Below, in pieces: positions 62,771 to 64,000 of a DNA stretch of 64,000 nt (within the stretch, counting starts at the first letter, position 1; the number at the start of each line of letters is the position of its first letter). The DNA lies in IMG/VR virus record IMGVR_UViG_3300021399_000143, positions 11,743-75,742 of that record; one strand, 5' to 3'. The notes under the pieces were generated by a model. The model was not told where the DNA came from. It worked only from the letters and a program-made list of their open reading frames with translations, and made no database searches. This stretch comes from a virus. Taxonomy: Duplodnaviria; Caudoviricetes. Made by a program: the position numbers and the translations under genes.

Positions 62771-63895
62771 TCAAACCTCGTTGTCTTCGTTGAGGTTCTG
62801 ACCGAACTTCGCCCTCCAGGTCTTGTAGAGAGGGTGGCGCATGAGGTTCATCACAGCCATCGTCGGTTTCAGGTGCTCAGTACCAATACGGGCGGAGGTC
62901 ATCGCCATCGTGGAGAACGCCGGAGGCAGTTCCATGGAGATTCGGAGGAAGCCATCAACCAGCTTCTTGGTCTCAGCATCGTCCTTGCCACGCCAAATGT
63001 GGTAGACCATGGCGCTGGTAAGCGCATATTTGAGGTCGTCTCTGGAAGGAATGACGATCTTCTTCTTTGGATCGGTCATCATTTCATAGACATTCTCAAG
63101 GTTGTTGGCAATCTTGAAGAACTCCATGAACTGCTGGCCTGCGGGTACGCCAACCAGACCATAGACGGCCTTTCGGAGAAGGGTCTCGTTCTTGAGAACC
63201 TTGCACATTTCAGACACACGCTCCCACGAACGCGGGGTCGGGAAGCCACGCTCAAGGTTCTGGTCGTCAACCGAGAGAAGGAGCTGCGGCTTGAACTGAA
63301 TGAAGCCAATCACAGCCGGATGTACGCCATTGGCAACGGCCCACGCAACCCAATCCTGGGCGTTCGCCTCAATCTCAAGGTGCATCATGCGGTTCGCAAG
63401 AGCCGAGGACATCGTGGTGGAAACGGCTCGGTCGCAAGAGCGGTTTCCGGCCGCCACAATGTACCACTTGGTCGGCACCTTATAGACGCTACCCCCACCA
63501 AGCTGGCGGTCAAGGATAAGCTCGTAGGACGCAACCTGAACGTCCTTGGGGGCGGCGCTCAGCTCGTCTAGGAAAATGATGCCACCCTTCTCGTTGTCGA
63601 TGGGGAAAATGTCAGAAGGAAGCCACTGAACGTTGTGCTTCTCGGTGTTGGGAACGGGGAGACCACGAATGTCGATGGACTCCATCTGGGCGAGTCGGAC
63701 ATCCACGAAGCCAAGACCCATTTCCTTGGCGAGGGACTTGACGATGGTGGATTTGCCCACGCCAGGCGCACCCCACACCATCACCGGGGGAAGCGAAGCC
63801 GAGAGGGACTCATCCGACTGGATGCCCTCAAGAGAAGAACGAAGAATGTCCTTCAGCTCGTTCGCGTGAACCACATTGTGCGTATCTATTGCCAT
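62771..63895 (-). CDS. MoxR-like AAA+ ATPase
   Basis: WGAPGVGKS, IFLDELSAA, AAGNR, ALANRM, PTPRSWE; no TAG. Confidence 0.9.
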   Translation of the reverse strand: MAIDTHNVVHANELKDILRSSLEGIQSDESLSASLPPVMVWGAPGVGKSTIVKSLAKEMGLGFVDVRLAQMESIDIRGLPVPNTEKHNVQWLPSDIFPIDNEKGGIIFLDELSAAPKDVQVASYELILDRQLGGGSVYKVPTKWYIVAAGNRSCDRAVSTTMSSALANRMMHLEIEANAQDWVAWAVANGVHPAVIGFIQFKPQLLLSVDDQNLERGFPTPRSWERVSEMCKVLKNETLLRKAVYGLVGVPAGQQFMEFFKIANNLENVYEMMTDPKKKIVIPSRDDLKYALTSAMVYHIWRGKDDAETKKLVDGFLRISMELPPAFSTMAMTSARIGTEHLKPTMAVMNLMRHPLYKTWRAKFGQNLNEDNEV

Positions 63896-63954
63896 ATCTG
63901 TTTTACTCCTTGAAGGAACTCGTGGGCATCCTTCCTCTCCCAAACAACACCCAT

Positions 63955-63983
63955 ATTATCTCATATTCCGGTCAGAAAGTCAA
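63955..63983 (-). promoter_or_regulatory. early sigma70-like promoter
   Basis: TTGACT-17-GATAAT then ATGGGTGTTG. Confidence 0.75.
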
Positions 63984-64000
63984 GGGGGTTTGCAGAAAAT

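Noticed and set aside
1-64000. Diversity-generating retroelement, retron, transposase or integrase
   Set aside because: No reverse transcriptase, DDE or tyrosine-recombinase motifs, and no template/variable repeat pair with adenine-specific differences seen.

Overview
Fragment of a large T4-like (myovirus/jumbo-type) phage genome. It carries terminase, tail tube, baseplate gp25/gp48/gp54-like, late sigma factor gp55, gp46, RNase H, a Dda/RecD-like helicase, an N6-adenine methyltransferase and many small accessory genes. The supplied ORF track uses the standard code and breaks up most structural genes, because this phage reads TAG as Gln (genetic code 15). About 60 in-frame TAGs join the fragments into full proteins, and one of them encodes the invariant Gln of the terminase Walker A motif (SR-Q-VGKTT). 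The TAGs are not spread evenly. They fall almost entirely in genes downstream of a repeated late-promoter motif (AATKGTAAATA), while sigma70-driven early and replication genes have no internal TAG. The main exception is gp55, which has a sigma70-type promoter but two TAGs ahead of its conserved domain. I infer a coupled switch in which the genetic-code change licenses the late sigma factor and so the whole late programme. No suppressor tRNA, release factor, CRISPR array, reverse transcriptase or intron was seen in this window. All coordinates and translations were read by hand, and family assignments come from motif recognition, not database searches.
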